From an uncultured Aliarcobacter sp. (GTDB taxonomy: Bacteria > Campylobacterota > Campylobacteria > Campylobacterales > Arcobacteraceae), in the NCBI GenBank assembly GCA_963677435.1, contig OY781945.1:672001-736000 (forward strand): DNA of 64,000 nucleotides. The letters run 5' to 3'. The position numbers and the translations under genes are program-made. Numbering within the stretch: the first letter of the stretch is position 1; every line of letters starts with the position of its first letter. The notes beneath the pieces were generated by a model. It worked only from the letters and a program-made list of their open reading frames with translations. It was not told the origin of the DNA and did not search any database. Below are positions 12,348 to 22,975 of the stretch, in pieces.

Positions 12348-12365
12348 GAAGTTTACTTCTTATCT
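12342..12365. terminator. Hairpin terminator between convergent hinT and accA
   Basis: agataagaag / cttcttatct 10-bp stem. Confidence 0.6.
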
Positions 12366-12371
12366 TTGAGA

Positions 12372-13310
12372 TTATTTTTCTAAAAAAGAACCTAAGTTCA
12401 TGATTTTTTCATATTTTTTGTTAGATCTTTCTTCCTGAGTTAATTTTTTTAACTCAGTTAGAGAGTTTAGAAAATATTCTTTTAAAGCTAGAATAGCCTC
12501 TTCTTTTTTTCTATGTGCACCAATTAATGGTTCATTTATTACATCATCAATTAAATTTAATTCTTTTAAGTTTTCAGCTGTAATTTTTAATGCATTTGCA
12601 GCAGTTTCAACTTTTGAAGGATCATTCCATAATATAGCACTACAACCTTCTGGTGAAATAACAGCATAAACAGAATATCTCATCATAGCTAGTTTATCAG
12701 CAACTGAAATTGCTAATGCACCACCTGAACCACCTTCTCCAATTACAACAGAAACAGTAGGAGTTGTTAAGTCAGCAAATTCATATAAATTTCTTGCAAT
12801 TGCTTCACTTTGAGATCTTTCTTCTGCTCCAATTCCTGGATATGCACCTGGAGTATCAACTAACATAAGTATTGGAATTTGGAACTTTTCAGCCATTTTA
12901 GCTGCTCTTAATGCTTTTCTATAACCTTCAGGATTTGGCATCCCGAAATTTCTGAAAAGTTTATCTTTTGTTCCTCTTCCTTTTTGCTCGCCAATTACTA
13001 ATACTTTTTCATTATCAATGTATCCAAGATAACATACAATTGCATGGTCATCAACATAATGTCTGTCACCATGAATCTCATAAGCATTTGTTAGTAAACC
13101 ATTTATATAATCTAATGAATAAGGTCTATCTGGGTGACGAGCAAGTTGTAGTTTTTGATAATCACTTAAGTTTTTAAAAGTTTTTTCAACTTCTTTTTCT
13201 AATTTTTTTTCTAAAATATCAACAGCATGTTCATCTGCTTTAGTTTTAGCTATTATAATATCATCTTCAATTTTCTTGATTTTATCTTCAAATTCTAGGT
13301 AAGCTGCCAA
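12372..13310 (-). CDS. accA: Acetyl-CoA carboxylase carboxyltransferase alpha subunit
   Basis: [31 protein letters not shown]. Confidence 0.98.
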   Translation of the reverse strand: MAAYLEFEDKIKKIEDDIIIAKTKADEHAVDILEKKLEKEVEKTFKNLSDYQKLQLARHPDRPYSLDYINGLLTNAYEIHGDRHYVDDHAIVCYLGYIDNEKVLVIGEQKGRGTKDKLFRNFGMPNPEGYRKALRAAKMAEKFQIPILMLVDTPGAYPGIGAEERSQSEAIARNLYEFADLTTPTVSVVIGEGGSGGALAISVADKLAMMRYSVYAVISPEGCSAILWNDPSKVETAANALKITAENLKELNLIDDVINEPLIGAHRKKEEAILALKEYFLNSLTELKKLTQEERSNKKYEKIMNLGSFLEK

Positions 13311-13377
13311 TTTTTTCCCTTTAAAAAAAAAAGAGATAATGAAAATTATCTCCTTTATAGTTAGGTTTTATTCTAAA

Positions 13378-14634
13378 TTATTTTTCATATTTTCTAAATA
13401 TTACAGAACCATTAGTTCCACCAAAACCAAAATTATTACTCATAACTGTAGTTAAATTTGCTTTTCTTGCAACATTTGCAACATAATCTAAATCACATTC
13501 TGGATCTTGATTATCTATATTAATAGTTGGAGGAATAATTCCTTCTTCAAGAGCTTTAATAGTAAAAATAGCTTCAATAGCTCCTGCTGCTCCTAAACAA
13601 TGTCCAATTTGACCTTTAGTTGAAGAAACTAATGGTATGTCTTTCCCTTCAAATAGTGCTTTAATTGCTGCTGTTTCATTTTTATCACCAACAGGAGTTG
13701 ATGTTCCATGTGCATTGATATAATCAATTTTTGGGTACTCCCCAGTAATGTTTTTTGCCATTTCAAATGCTGCTTTCATAGCTCTTAAAGGACCATCCAT
13801 AACAGGTGAAGTGATGTGATTAGCATCACCTGATTCTCCAAATCCAATAATTTCAGCATAAATTTTAGCACCTCTTGCAAGTGCTATTTCTAAATCTTCA
13901 ACAACAAGTGCTCCAGCACCTTCTCCCATAACAAAACCATCTCTATCAATGTCAAATGGTCTAGATGATTTTTTTGGCTCTTCATTTCTTGTTGATAATG
14001 CTTTCATTGCAGCAAATCCTGCAACACCAGCACCACAAATTGCACTTTCTGCACCTACAACTAAAATTCTATCTGCCCCACCTATCATTATAGTTTTTAC
14101 AGCATCATTTAATGCATGTGTAGAAGCAGCACAAGCTGTAACATGTGCTAATGATGGACCTCTTAGATTGTGTTCAATAGAAATAAATCCACTTAACATA
14201 TTTGCAAGTGATGACGGAATAAAGAAAGGTGAAACTTTTCTTGAACCTTTTGTTTCGCAAACAACAGAATTTCTTTCAATTGTTGATAAACCACCAATTC
14301 CAGAACCAGAAATCATTCCAAATCTATCTGCAATAGAAGCATCAACTTTTTTATTTTCTTGTGTCACATAACCAGAATCAATCATAGCCTCAAGAGCTGC
14401 TTTTATACCTAATTGAATAAATCTATCAGCTTTTTTTACTTCTTTTTTGTCCATCACAGTTGTAGGATCGAAATCTTTTACTTCACCAGCAATTTTTACA
14501 GAAAATTCACTTGCATCAAATAGTGTAATTGTGTCAATACCACAAACACCATCTACAACAGCTTTGAAAGAATCTTTTACATTATGTCCTGTAGAATTAA
14601 TAGTACCAATACCCGTTACAACAACTCTTCTCAT
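13378..14634 (-). CDS. fabF: Beta-ketoacyl-ACP synthase II
   Basis: TACAAS, NAHGTST, GHCLGAAG, NNFGFGGTN. Confidence 0.96.
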   Translation of the reverse strand: MRRVVVTGIGTINSTGHNVKDSFKAVVDGVCGIDTITLFDASEFSVKIAGEVKDFDPTTVMDKKEVKKADRFIQLGIKAALEAMIDSGYVTQENKKVDASIADRFGMISGSGIGGLSTIERNSVVCETKGSRKVSPFFIPSSLANMLSGFISIEHNLRGPSLAHVTACAASTHALNDAVKTIMIGGADRILVVGAESAICGAGVAGFAAMKALSTRNEEPKKSSRPFDIDRDGFVMGEGAGALVVEDLEIALARGAKIYAEIIGFGESGDANHITSPVMDGPLRAMKAAFEMAKNITGEYPKIDYINAHGTSTPVGDKNETAAIKALFEGKDIPLVSSTKGQIGHCLGAAGAIEAIFTIKALEEGIIPPTINIDNQDPECDLDYVANVARKANLTTVMSNNFGFGGTNGSVIFRKYEK

Positions 14635-14704
14635 TTAAATATGCTCCATGTTTTTATTATTTGAATTATTCAATTTTTTTATAAAAAACTCAATAGTTTA
14701 AATA

Positions 14705-14731
14705 TAAATAGAAGAATTAATCTTCTATTTA
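14705..14731 (-). terminator. Hairpin after acpP
   Basis: taaatagaaga / tcttctattta inverted repeat. Confidence 0.55.
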
Positions 14732-14744
14732 AATAGCGTATAAA

Positions 14745-14975
14745 TTACGCGTTATTTTCGATGTAATTTATAGCGTCTGCAACAGTTAAGATTTTTTCAG
14801 CATCTTCATCAGGGATTTCGATGTCAAATTTTTCTTCTAATGCCATAACTAATTCAACAACATCTAAAGAGTCAGCACCTAAATCTTCAATAAATTTTGA
14901 ATCTTCTTTTACTTCTGCTGGATCGCAATCTAATTGCTCAATAACAACTTCTTTTACATCATCTAATAATGCCAT
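14745..14975 (-). CDS. acpP: Acyl carrier protein
   Basis: [12 protein letters not shown] phosphopantetheine attachment site. Confidence 0.98.
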   Translation of the reverse strand: MALLDDVKEVVIEQLDCDPAEVKEDSKFIEDLGADSLDVVELVMALEEKFDIEIPDEDAEKILTVADAINYIENNA

Positions 14976-15067
14976 ACTTATTCCTTTTATAAAATTATTT
15001 ACGTATTATAACAAAAAAGTTTTTAAAAACTCTTTTAAATTAAATATTTGGATTTTAATTAAAAATA

Positions 15068-15811
15068 TTAAACGTATAATCCACCGTTAACTTTTAATAT
15101 TTCACCTGTGATATATGAAGCATGATCACTTAATAAAAATGCTACTGCATCAGCTATCTCTGAAGGTTGACCGAATCTTGAAAGAGGAATATTTTTTTCA
15201 TATTCAGCTTTTACTTCATCTTTTAATTCATGAGTCATATCAGTTTGAATGAATCCTGGAGTTACTGCGTTATATCTAATTCCTCTTGAAGCTGCTTCTT
15301 TTGCAAATGATTTTGTCATTGCATTTAATCCACCTTTTGATGCTGAATAGTTAGTTTGACCAGCATTTCCCATTTCTCCAACAATTGAAGAGATATTTAC
15401 AACAGAACCAAATCTTTTTTTACTCATTACTTTTAAAGCTTCTTTACAACCAATAAATCCAGATGTTAAGTTTGCACTAATAACATCGTTAAAATCAGCT
15501 ACACTCATTCTTAATGCTAATTTATCTTTTGTAATTCCTGCATTATTAACTAAATAAGATAATTCTCCATCTGCATCAACAATTGTTTTAACTGCATTTG
15601 CGAACTCTTCATCATTTGTAACATCAGCTTTTATAATTGCAGCTTTTCCGCCTGCATTTTCAATCTCTTCTTTAATTTTTTCAGCAGCTTCAGCGCCACT
15701 TCTATAATTTATCCAAACTTTTAGTCCAAAACCTGCAAGAGTTTTTGCAATTTGTGCACCAATTCCTCTACTTGCACCTGTAACTAATACATTAGAACCT
15801 GTAAATTTCAT
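15068..15811 (-). CDS. fabG: 3-oxoacyl-ACP reductase
   Basis: TGASRGIG, NNAGIT, YSASK; lies next to acpP and fabF. Confidence 0.96.
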   Translation of the reverse strand: MKFTGSNVLVTGASRGIGAQIAKTLAGFGLKVWINYRSGAEAAEKIKEEIENAGGKAAIIKADVTNDEEFANAVKTIVDADGELSYLVNNAGITKDKLALRMSVADFNDVISANLTSGFIGCKEALKVMSKKRFGSVVNISSIVGEMGNAGQTNYSASKGGLNAMTKSFAKEAASRGIRYNAVTPGFIQTDMTHELKDEVKAEYEKNIPLSRFGQPSEIADAVAFLLSDHASYITGEILKVNGGLYV

Positions 15812-15880
15812 TTTTATCCTTTTTAATTTTACATTAATCGCTTATTATATCAACACTTTTATAAATAATATATTTGAGGC

Positions 15881-16645
15881 TTAAACGCCTCTTTTATTAT
15901 CCCAAACTCTAATATGTAATCTATCACAATATCTAAAACCATTTTCTATTGCCATATTTATCACATCTTCACAATTTTTATTTATTTCATTAGCTGTATC
16001 ACCAAGTGGCATTAAATAAACTTCACACTTTGGAATATCTTCTAAAATTGCATGAATTTCTTTATTTGCATCTTGTAAAAAATCTTTTCCAATTACAAAT
16101 TTTAAATATGATTCTTTTGTATTTGTTAAAATTTTTGTAAGAGTTTCTTTATTTATTCGCTTTTTCAAAGACTCAAGTGAATTGCTAAGTTTCACACTCA
16201 TAGAAAATAAAATCTCTTTTTGATAATCAAATTCAAAGTTTAAATTTAATGAAGCATTTGTTTCAATTGTAACTTTATGACCATCTTTTATATAATGTTT
16301 TATAAGTTTTTGAAACTCTATTTTATTCCAATATAAAAGTGGTTCTCCACCAGTTATTACAATATCAATCTTATAATTATTTGGATATTTTGATAATAAT
16401 TCGTTTACTTCACTTACAATCTCTTCATAAGATTTGTATTTAGTCCAAGTATCTTTAAATTCTGTATCAACTGCATAATATGAATCACAAGCACATTTTT
16501 TTATTCCACTTGGAGTTTCATATTCAACTGCAAAACCTTCACACTTAAAATTACACTTTCCAAATCTGATAAAGATTGAAGGAGTTCCTACAAGTTTTCC
16601 TTCACCTTGAATTGTTGGTCCAAAGATTTCATTTATTTCAAGCAT
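15881..16645 (-). CDS. queE: 7-carboxy-7-deazaguanine synthase (radical SAM)
   Basis: TIQGEG, CNFKC...CDS, ITGGEP, IETN; in the que operon. Confidence 0.92.
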   Translation of the reverse strand: MLEINEIFGPTIQGEGKLVGTPSIFIRFGKCNFKCEGFAVEYETPSGIKKCACDSYYAVDTEFKDTWTKYKSYEEIVSEVNELLSKYPNNYKIDIVITGGEPLLYWNKIEFQKLIKHYIKDGHKVTIETNASLNLNFEFDYQKEILFSMSVKLSNSLESLKKRINKETLTKILTNTKESYLKFVIGKDFLQDANKEIHAILEDIPKCEVYLMPLGDTANEINKNCEDVINMAIENGFRYCDRLHIRVWDNKRGV

Positions 16646-17171
16646 AAAAGGTACTTTTACTTTTTGGTGTTTCTAAAAATTCCACATGAGAAACTTTTAT
16701 ATTTAATTTATCCATCTTTTTTTGAACAATTTTTAAAAACCAAGCTGAAAGATTTTCACTTGTTGGTACAAAATCAACAACTACATAACCTTCATAAAGC
16801 TCTTTTATGTGATTTTCTTCATCTTTAAATTTTGTTAAATCTACTAAATAGTAGTTTTCATCAAATTTTATTAATTCTGATTTCTCTATTTTTGGAAGTA
16901 GGGTTGAAAATAAAGGATCATTTAAATCTAAAATAAATTTATGATCTAAAACATCATCAATAAATTGTTTAAACCAATTAAGATGTTTAAAATCTGTAAC
17001 CATTCCATCTTTTAACTCTTTAGCTTCTAAATAAACTAAGATTTTGCCTTGATGTCCATGTAAATGTCTACATTTTAAACATGAATCCAATGAAAATTCT
17101 GCATCTAAAGTTTGTGACCAAACTCTATGTCCATAACAAAATTCAAACTCTTTTGATATTTTCCAATGCAT
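16638..17171 (-). CDS. queD: 6-carboxytetrahydropterin synthase (long form)
   Basis: CRHLHGH, GMVTDF, LDHKF, PTSENL, ETPKS. Confidence 0.9.
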   Translation of the reverse strand: MHWKISKEFEFCYGHRVWSQTLDAEFSLDSCLKCRHLHGHQGKILVYLEAKELKDGMVTDFKHLNWFKQFIDDVLDHKFILDLNDPLFSTLLPKIEKSELIKFDENYYLVDLTKFKDEENHIKELYEGYVVVDFVPTSENLSAWFLKIVQKKMDKLNIKVSHVEFLETPKSKSTFYA

Positions 17172-17851
17172 TATAAAACCTTGTAAGGAATTGGATCTAT
17201 TTGGTTTGCTATTTTAAATCCATTAAGTCTTAATCTACATGAGTCACAAACTCCACATGCTTCTTTTTCTTCTTTGTAACATGACCAAGTGTGTTCAAGT
17301 GGAACATTTAATTTCATTGCTTCTTGAACTATTTGAGCTTTTGAAAGATGAACTAAAGGAGTTACAATATCAATATGAGTATCTTCTTTTGTTCCTTGAT
17401 TTATTGCTCTTTTCATGTCTGATATAAATAAATCAGTACAATCTGGATAACCTGAACTATCTTCTTGAACAACTCCAATATACATGGCTGTTGCACCTTC
17501 TTTTTCTGCAATTGCAGCTGTTATTGAAAGAAAAATCCCATTTCTAAATGGAACATAAGTTATAGGAACGCCAGCTTCAACTCCACCTGTTGGAACATCA
17601 ATATTTTTATCTGTTAAAGCACTAGCTCCAATTTGCGTGAAAAATGGAATATCTATTTCATATTTTTCTAAAATTTTTAAATCTTCACAAATATCTCTAA
17701 ATGCTTTTAATTCTCTATCTTGTGTTCTTTGTCCATAATTAAAATGAACTGCAATTATTTCATATCCATCATTTTTTGCTATGTATGAAGCTAATGTTGA
17801 ATCCATTCCTCCACTTAAAATGCATATTGCTTTTTTAGTTTTGTTATTCAT
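17171..17851 (-). CDS. queC: 7-cyano-7-deazaguanine synthase
   Basis: SGGMDST, YVPFRN, GYPDC, TWSCY...CGVCDSC. Confidence 0.97.
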   Translation of the reverse strand: MNNKTKKAICILSGGMDSTLASYIAKNDGYEIIAVHFNYGQRTQDRELKAFRDICEDLKILEKYEIDIPFFTQIGASALTDKNIDVPTGGVEAGVPITYVPFRNGIFLSITAAIAEKEGATAMYIGVVQEDSSGYPDCTDLFISDMKRAINQGTKEDTHIDIVTPLVHLSKAQIVQEAMKLNVPLEHTWSCYKEEKEACGVCDSCRLRLNGFKIANQIDPIPYKVL

Positions 17852-19064
17852 GTGTTAAAAAGTCCTTTTTTATATCGCTAAAGAATTTCCAATTTATTGG
17901 TAATATTTTTATTAAATTATCTTTTTTTAAAGTTTCAACTTCATCATCAATAATAATCATTGAATTACATGAGCTTAAAATTGATACCATTCCTGGTGAT
18001 CTTTTTTGTGAAACTTCAAAAAACTCTCCATCAAAAAAACCTGGAATTATTGTTGTTTTACCTTTTTTTGTGAAAAAAGAATCTTTTATTTTTCCAAGTA
18101 TAAAATTTTGATGAATATCTTTTGAGCCTAGAAATTTTTGAATTAATATTTTTCCAAACATTTCAAATATAAGTGCTGAGGCCAAAGGATTACCTGGAAG
18201 ATTTAAAATATAGGTATTTTTGATTTTACCAAAAACTGTTGGTTTTCCTGGTTTTACATTTATTCCATCAAAAAGCACTTCAAATCCTAATTCATAAAAT
18301 GCCTCTTTGGTAAAATCAGCATCCCCAACAGAAACACCACCTGAAGTAATAATTAAATCTGCATCTAATGAATTATTAACTAGCTCTTTAATAGCTTCAA
18401 TAGTATCTTTTGCTTGACCTATAAATGTTACCTCACAACCTAATTCTTGAATTCGTGAGATAAATGTTGGTGTATTTGAATTGTAAATTTGAAAAGATTC
18501 AATTTTTTCATAATGAAGTTTTAATTCTTCTCCACTTGCAAAAATTACAACTTTTGGTTTTTTATAAACTTTTATATGTGATATACCTTGACTTGCAAGT
18601 AAAGTGATTTTAGAAAAGTTTAATTCTTCACCTTTGGCAATTAAAAGTTCATCTAATTGTATATCTTCACCAATATATCTAATATGTTGAAATTCTTTAA
18701 CATTTTTTAAAATTTTTATTTTATTATCATTGAGTTTCGTATCTTCTTTTGGAATTATAGCTGTAGTATTCTCTGGTATTTTTGCTCCAGTCATAATCTT
18801 TATGCAAGAATTTTTTTCTAATAATTTATTATTGTTATCTCCAGCAAAAATTGTATCAATTATATTTAATTCATTATCTTTATCTTCATAAATTATTGCA
18901 TATCCATCCATTGCTGAATTGTTAAATTTTGGTAAAAAACTTGTGGCAAAAATATCTTGAGCACATATTCTGCTTGTAGCATTTTCTATTGGGATAATTT
19001 CAAAATTAAGACTTAGTGTTAAATTTGAAATAATATCTACAGCAGTTTGTACATTAATAGCCAT
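17844..19064 (-). CDS. moeA: Molybdopterin molybdenumtransferase
   Basis: SAMDGYA, IMTGA, SGGVSVGDADF, KPGKP, LPGNP. Confidence 0.96.
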   Translation of the reverse strand: MAINVQTAVDIISNLTLSLNFEIIPIENATSRICAQDIFATSFLPKFNNSAMDGYAIIYEDKDNELNIIDTIFAGDNNNKLLEKNSCIKIMTGAKIPENTTAIIPKEDTKLNDNKIKILKNVKEFQHIRYIGEDIQLDELLIAKGEELNFSKITLLASQGISHIKVYKKPKVVIFASGEELKLHYEKIESFQIYNSNTPTFISRIQELGCEVTFIGQAKDTIEAIKELVNNSLDADLIITSGGVSVGDADFTKEAFYELGFEVLFDGINVKPGKPTVFGKIKNTYILNLPGNPLASALIFEMFGKILIQKFLGSKDIHQNFILGKIKDSFFTKKGKTTIIPGFFDGEFFEVSQKRSPGMVSILSSCNSMIIIDDEVETLKKDNLIKILPINWKFFSDIKKDFLTHE

Positions 19065-19147
19065 ATTATTCCTTTTTGTAGTTAAAATAAAAACTTATGA
19101 CAAGTTAGATATAATACCAAAATTTTTTAAAAGTGAGATAAACAAGA

Positions 19148-19552
19148 ATGGAATTAATGCACAGTGCGGTTCAGACCCACATTTATACAATATATTTTTT
19201 CTTAGCAATTATGTTATTTAATCTATATTCAGTATCTAAAGAAAAAGAGTTTATTGTTTTAGCAAAACGATTGAAATTTATGACACCTTTATATCATTTA
19301 ACAAATGCAATAGTAATTTACACAGGAACAATAGTAGCTTTTTATGCCCAAACTTTTAGTATTACAATAGCTTTAATGATTCCTGCTTCTATATTTTTAT
19401 TAGTAATTGAAATAAAAAGATACAAAAAAATGAGAGTTATTAAACATGATCAGATTGAATTGCAAAATGATTTTTTTGTTTATGCAAAAAAGATTTATAC
19501 AATAGAAATATCAGTAATTATTGCTGTTTATATTCTTAGTAAGGTATTTTAA
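19148..19552 (+). CDS. Hypothetical integral membrane protein
   Basis: 134 aa with about 4 hydrophobic segments; translationally coupled to rsmE (TAATG). Confidence 0.75.
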   Translation: MELMHSAVQTHIYTIYFFLAIMLFNLYSVSKEKEFIVLAKRLKFMTPLYHLTNAIVIYTGTIVAFYAQTFSITIALMIPASIFLLVIEIKRYKKMRVIKHDQIELQNDFFVYAKKIYTIEISVIIAVYILSKVF

Positions 19553-20223
19553 TGCAATTTACTTATGATGAATTTTGTGGAAAAGATATTTTAGAAATTA
19601 AAGATGATGTTTATAATTATTTGATAAAAGCTAGACGACATAAAATTGATGATGAGATATATTTTAGAAATTTAAAAGATAACAATATTTATCTATATAA
19701 AATTAACTCTATTGACAAGAAAAAGGCAAACTTGAATTTAATTTCAAGTGAAGAGAAGATTGTAATTAATGAAAAAAAATTACATCTTGGTTGGTGTGTT
19801 GTTGATCCAAAAACAGTTGAAAAATTTATTGCTTCATTAAATGAAATGGGGGTTGATAAAATTACATTTATTTATGCTGATTATTCACAAAAAAATTTCA
19901 AAATAAATATTGAGAAACTAGAAAAGATTTTAATTAATTCTTCATCTCAATGTGGAAGATCTGATATTATAAAACTTGAAATTTCTAAAAGTTTAGAAGA
20001 TTTTATCAAAGAGAATAATGATGTTTATTTCTTAGATTTTTCTACAGTTTGTATTGATAATAAAAAAGATGAAATTAAAACTTTAGTTATTGGATGTGAG
20101 GGTGGTTTTTCTAAAAATGAAAGAGAAAAATTTAATAGGGAAAATATTGTAGGATTTAATTCAAATTTAATACTTCGTTCTGAAACAGCAATAATATCTG
20201 CTAGCTCAAAGATTCTTTTATAA
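19552..20223 (+). CDS. rsmE: 16S rRNA m3U1498 methyltransferase
   Basis: EMGVDKI, QCGR, IGCEGGFS, ILRSETA SPOUT motifs. Confidence 0.93.
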   Translation: MQFTYDEFCGKDILEIKDDVYNYLIKARRHKIDDEIYFRNLKDNNIYLYKINSIDKKKANLNLISSEEKIVINEKKLHLGWCVVDPKTVEKFIASLNEMGVDKITFIYADYSQKNFKINIEKLEKILINSSSQCGRSDIIKLEISKSLEDFIKENNDVYFLDFSTVCIDNKKDEIKTLVIGCEGGFSKNEREKFNRENIVGFNSNLILRSETAIISASSKILL

Positions 20224-20255
20224 AAAAAAGATAAACTTCAAAGTTTATCTTTTTT
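20224..20255. terminator. Bidirectional terminator (rsmE / pet operon)
   Basis: aaaaaagataaactt / aagtttatctttttt inverted repeat. Confidence 0.75.
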
Positions 20256-20261
20256 AATTTT

Positions 20262-20657
20262 TTACCAATTTCTAACTATTGAGTGACAGCTAGAACATGC
20301 ATTTAACATATCAGAATATGAATTTGCAGCTTTTATAAATGCTTTATTATCTAAATTAGCTTCTAACTCAGTAATATCTAAAGAAATTCTTTTTGAAGCA
20401 TTTTCAGCAACATTTACCATGTGTTTTTTATTATCAGGTAAATATTGGTTGATTACTTTTGCATCTGAAAAAAGTGTATTTCCTTCTTTTACAAGTTTAG
20501 TACCCTCTTTAATCAAATCAAGGTTATTATTTAAAAAACCTTTTTGAATTTGAGTCATACCTTTTTCCATAGTTGACATTGAGTTTTGTAACACATCATT
20601 TGCACTTGCAGAAACTACAAGTAATGATGCTGCGATTATTAATTTTGCTAATTTCAT
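20262..20657 (-). CDS. Periplasmic class II (c'-type) cytochrome c
   Basis: Signal peptide, helical body and a single C-terminal CSSCH heme motif. Confidence 0.8.
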   Translation of the reverse strand: MKLAKLIIAASLLVVSASANDVLQNSMSTMEKGMTQIQKGFLNNNLDLIKEGTKLVKEGNTLFSDAKVINQYLPDNKKHMVNVAENASKRISLDITELEANLDNKAFIKAANSYSDMLNACSSCHSIVRNW

Positions 20658-20687
20658 TTATTTTTCTCCTATTATAGAAAAGATGTT

Positions 20688-21716
20688 CTAGTGAACATCT
20701 CTCCATTTACTTGCTTTCCATAAGAAACCAAAAATCGCAAAAATCACTAGATAGATTAAGAATTTAGGTCCTAATTCTTCTCTTTGTGCTTTTTTAGAAT
20801 CACCAACTTCTTCTAAGTAAGAAATAACTTGAGCTTCAGATTCTTCTGTTAATCCAACTCTAGGCATTGCTGTACCAGCAAGGTGTTTTTGTGGATCATT
20901 AATAAATGATTCTAAATATTCGTGACCTCTTGATCTAATCATTTGAGATAAATCAGGTGGAACTTTTCCCATATATTTTTTGATATCATCATTAGGTGTA
21001 AATGCTGCCATTGTACCTTTTTTCATATCAGCGTATTTAATAGAGTGACATCTTTGACAAGCATTAGTAAATACTTCTTTATTTGTCATTTCTTTAGGTG
21101 CAATGTCTTGTAAATAAGCAACTGCATCTGCAATTTCTTGAGGTTGTAACCAATCAAAGTTTGGCATTGGATGTACTTTACCATCAACAAATTTATGAGA
21201 AACTTTTGATGCTACAGCAGGATTTTTAATAAATGCAACTAAAAATTCTTTTGTATATAATTTACCAGCAGTTGCTAAATCAGGAGGAACTACTCCATAA
21301 GCTGCAGCTGAACTTGCGTTATCCATAACTTGTGGGAAACCTTTTGCTTCAATTGAGTGACAAGCAGTACAGTTACTAGTAACTATAGTTTCACCATTTG
21401 CTACATTACCAACTAAATCAATTGGTTCTTTATTTGAAGCCCAAAATTCATTTGTTGATTTTTCAAATTCTTTTAATGATTCAACAGTAGCTTTTGCAGA
21501 GTCAATATCTTTTTTATTAGTTAATTTCTCAGCTTGTACTAAAGCTTTTTCAGCTTTTTTTACATTATCTTTAGATGTTTCTTCATCAGCTTTATCAAAT
21601 TTATAATTTGCTGGTTCAACATGTGGATGCATTTGAGAGTGAGCGAATGGTTCAACTCCCCAGTATGTAATTAGCGTTAAAGCTACTACAACTGCTAGTA
21701 TTTTTAATTCTCTCAT
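20688..21716 (-). CDS. petC: Diheme cytochrome c1 of the bc1 complex
   Basis: Two heme motifs (CTACH, CQRCH), PPDL repeats, C-terminal TM anchor; follows petB. Confidence 0.92.
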   Translation of the reverse strand: MRELKILAVVVALTLITYWGVEPFAHSQMHPHVEPANYKFDKADEETSKDNVKKAEKALVQAEKLTNKKDIDSAKATVESLKEFEKSTNEFWASNKEPIDLVGNVANGETIVTSNCTACHSIEAKGFPQVMDNASSAAAYGVVPPDLATAGKLYTKEFLVAFIKNPAVASKVSHKFVDGKVHPMPNFDWLQPQEIADAVAYLQDIAPKEMTNKEVFTNACQRCHSIKYADMKKGTMAAFTPNDDIKKYMGKVPPDLSQMIRSRGHEYLESFINDPQKHLAGTAMPRVGLTEESEAQVISYLEEVGDSKKAQREELGPKFLIYLVIFAIFGFLWKASKWRDVH

Positions 21717-22963
21717 AGTGATCCCCTTTTCTTAGCGTCAATTTTAGTAACGATTGGTAAGATTAAGAACAGTAAAATAAATCCTACTGCAGCATAGAAT
21801 CCAACCCATGCATTTGAACCTGTTGGAGGTAATTTACCATATACAGTTAATACAATTAAATCAGCCATTAATATCCAGAACCAAATAAAGAATGTTGGTC
21901 TTTTATGTGCTGGTAAAATTTTAGGATCTCTATCTAACCAAGGTAATAATAGGAAAATAACATTTGCAAATGCGAATGCAATTAATCCAATATCGAATGC
22001 TTTAAATCCAGCAATATCAAAGAAGAAACCTCTTAATACTTCGTATGACCATAAGAAATACCACTCAGGATAAATATGTGCAGGAGTAACCATATTATTA
22101 GCAGGATCGAAGTTAACTGGATCCATTGCAAATTCATAATGGAAGAATACTAAATAGAAGTAGAATATCAAGAAAACACCAAGTACAGCTAAATCTTTAG
22201 AGATAAATACTGGCCAAAAAGGAATAACTTTTGACTCTTTTTTATTTCCTGCTAAATATTTTTCAGCTTCAGCATCAAAATCAAATTCATCAGAGTTTTG
22301 ATTATTTACATGAGGGATTCTTAAAGTATAGAAGTGTAAACCAATAATTCCCATAATTGTAATAGGTAATAAGAATACATGTAACATAAAGAATCTTGTT
22401 AATGTTGCATCTGCCACATTAAAGTCCCCTCTAATCCAAACTACAAGTGCATCCCCAATAACTGGAACTCCACCAAATAAGTTTGTAATAACCATTGCTG
22501 CCCAGTAAGACATTTGTCCCCAAGGTAACATATATCCAGAGAATCCAGCAGCACTGAATGTCATAAATAATAACATACCAGAAATCCAAATCATCTCTCT
22601 ACCTTGTTTATAAGAACCATAATAGATCCCTGTAAACATGTGAATATAAATAATTAAGAATACAACTGAAGCTGCAACACCATGCATATGTCTAAATAAC
22701 CAACCAAATGCAACTTCTTGCATAATTGTGTAGTTAACAGAGTCAAATGCTAAGTTAATATCAGGTTTATAGTACATCATTAAGAATATTCCAGAAATTA
22801 TTAATATTCCAAATGTTGTTGCTAACAATACACCCATTGCCCATAAGAAGTTAATATCTTTTGGAATCCAATATTCAGTCATCATAACTTTATTGAATGT
22901 TGTAAGATTTAACCTTTGGTCTAACCACTCACCAACTGAGTTTGCTTTTTCAAATTTTGCCAT
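21713..22963 (-). CDS. petB: Cytochrome b of the bc1 complex
   Basis: GYMLPWGQMSYW, PEWY, TLTRFFMLH. Confidence 0.98.
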   Translation of the reverse strand: MAKFEKANSVGEWLDQRLNLTTFNKVMMTEYWIPKDINFLWAMGVLLATTFGILIISGIFLMMYYKPDINLAFDSVNYTIMQEVAFGWLFRHMHGVAASVVFLIIYIHMFTGIYYGSYKQGREMIWISGMLLFMTFSAAGFSGYMLPWGQMSYWAAMVITNLFGGVPVIGDALVVWIRGDFNVADATLTRFFMLHVFLLPITIMGIIGLHFYTLRIPHVNNQNSDEFDFDAEAEKYLAGNKKESKVIPFWPVFISKDLAVLGVFLIFYFYLVFFHYEFAMDPVNFDPANNMVTPAHIYPEWYFLWSYEVLRGFFFDIAGFKAFDIGLIAFAFANVIFLLLPWLDRDPKILPAHKRPTFFIWFWILMADLIVLTVYGKLPPTGSNAWVGFYAAVGFILLFLILPIVTKIDAKKRGSL

Positions 22964-22975
22964 GCGAACCCTTTC

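Noticed and set aside
15881..17851. queCDE as part of a 7-deazaguanine DNA-modification (dpd) system
   Set aside because: There are no dpdA-like or other dpd genes nearby, and the housekeeping context fits tRNA queuosine synthesis.
20688..21716. Two heme motifs in cytochrome c1
   Set aside because: Diheme c1 is the established form in this phylum.
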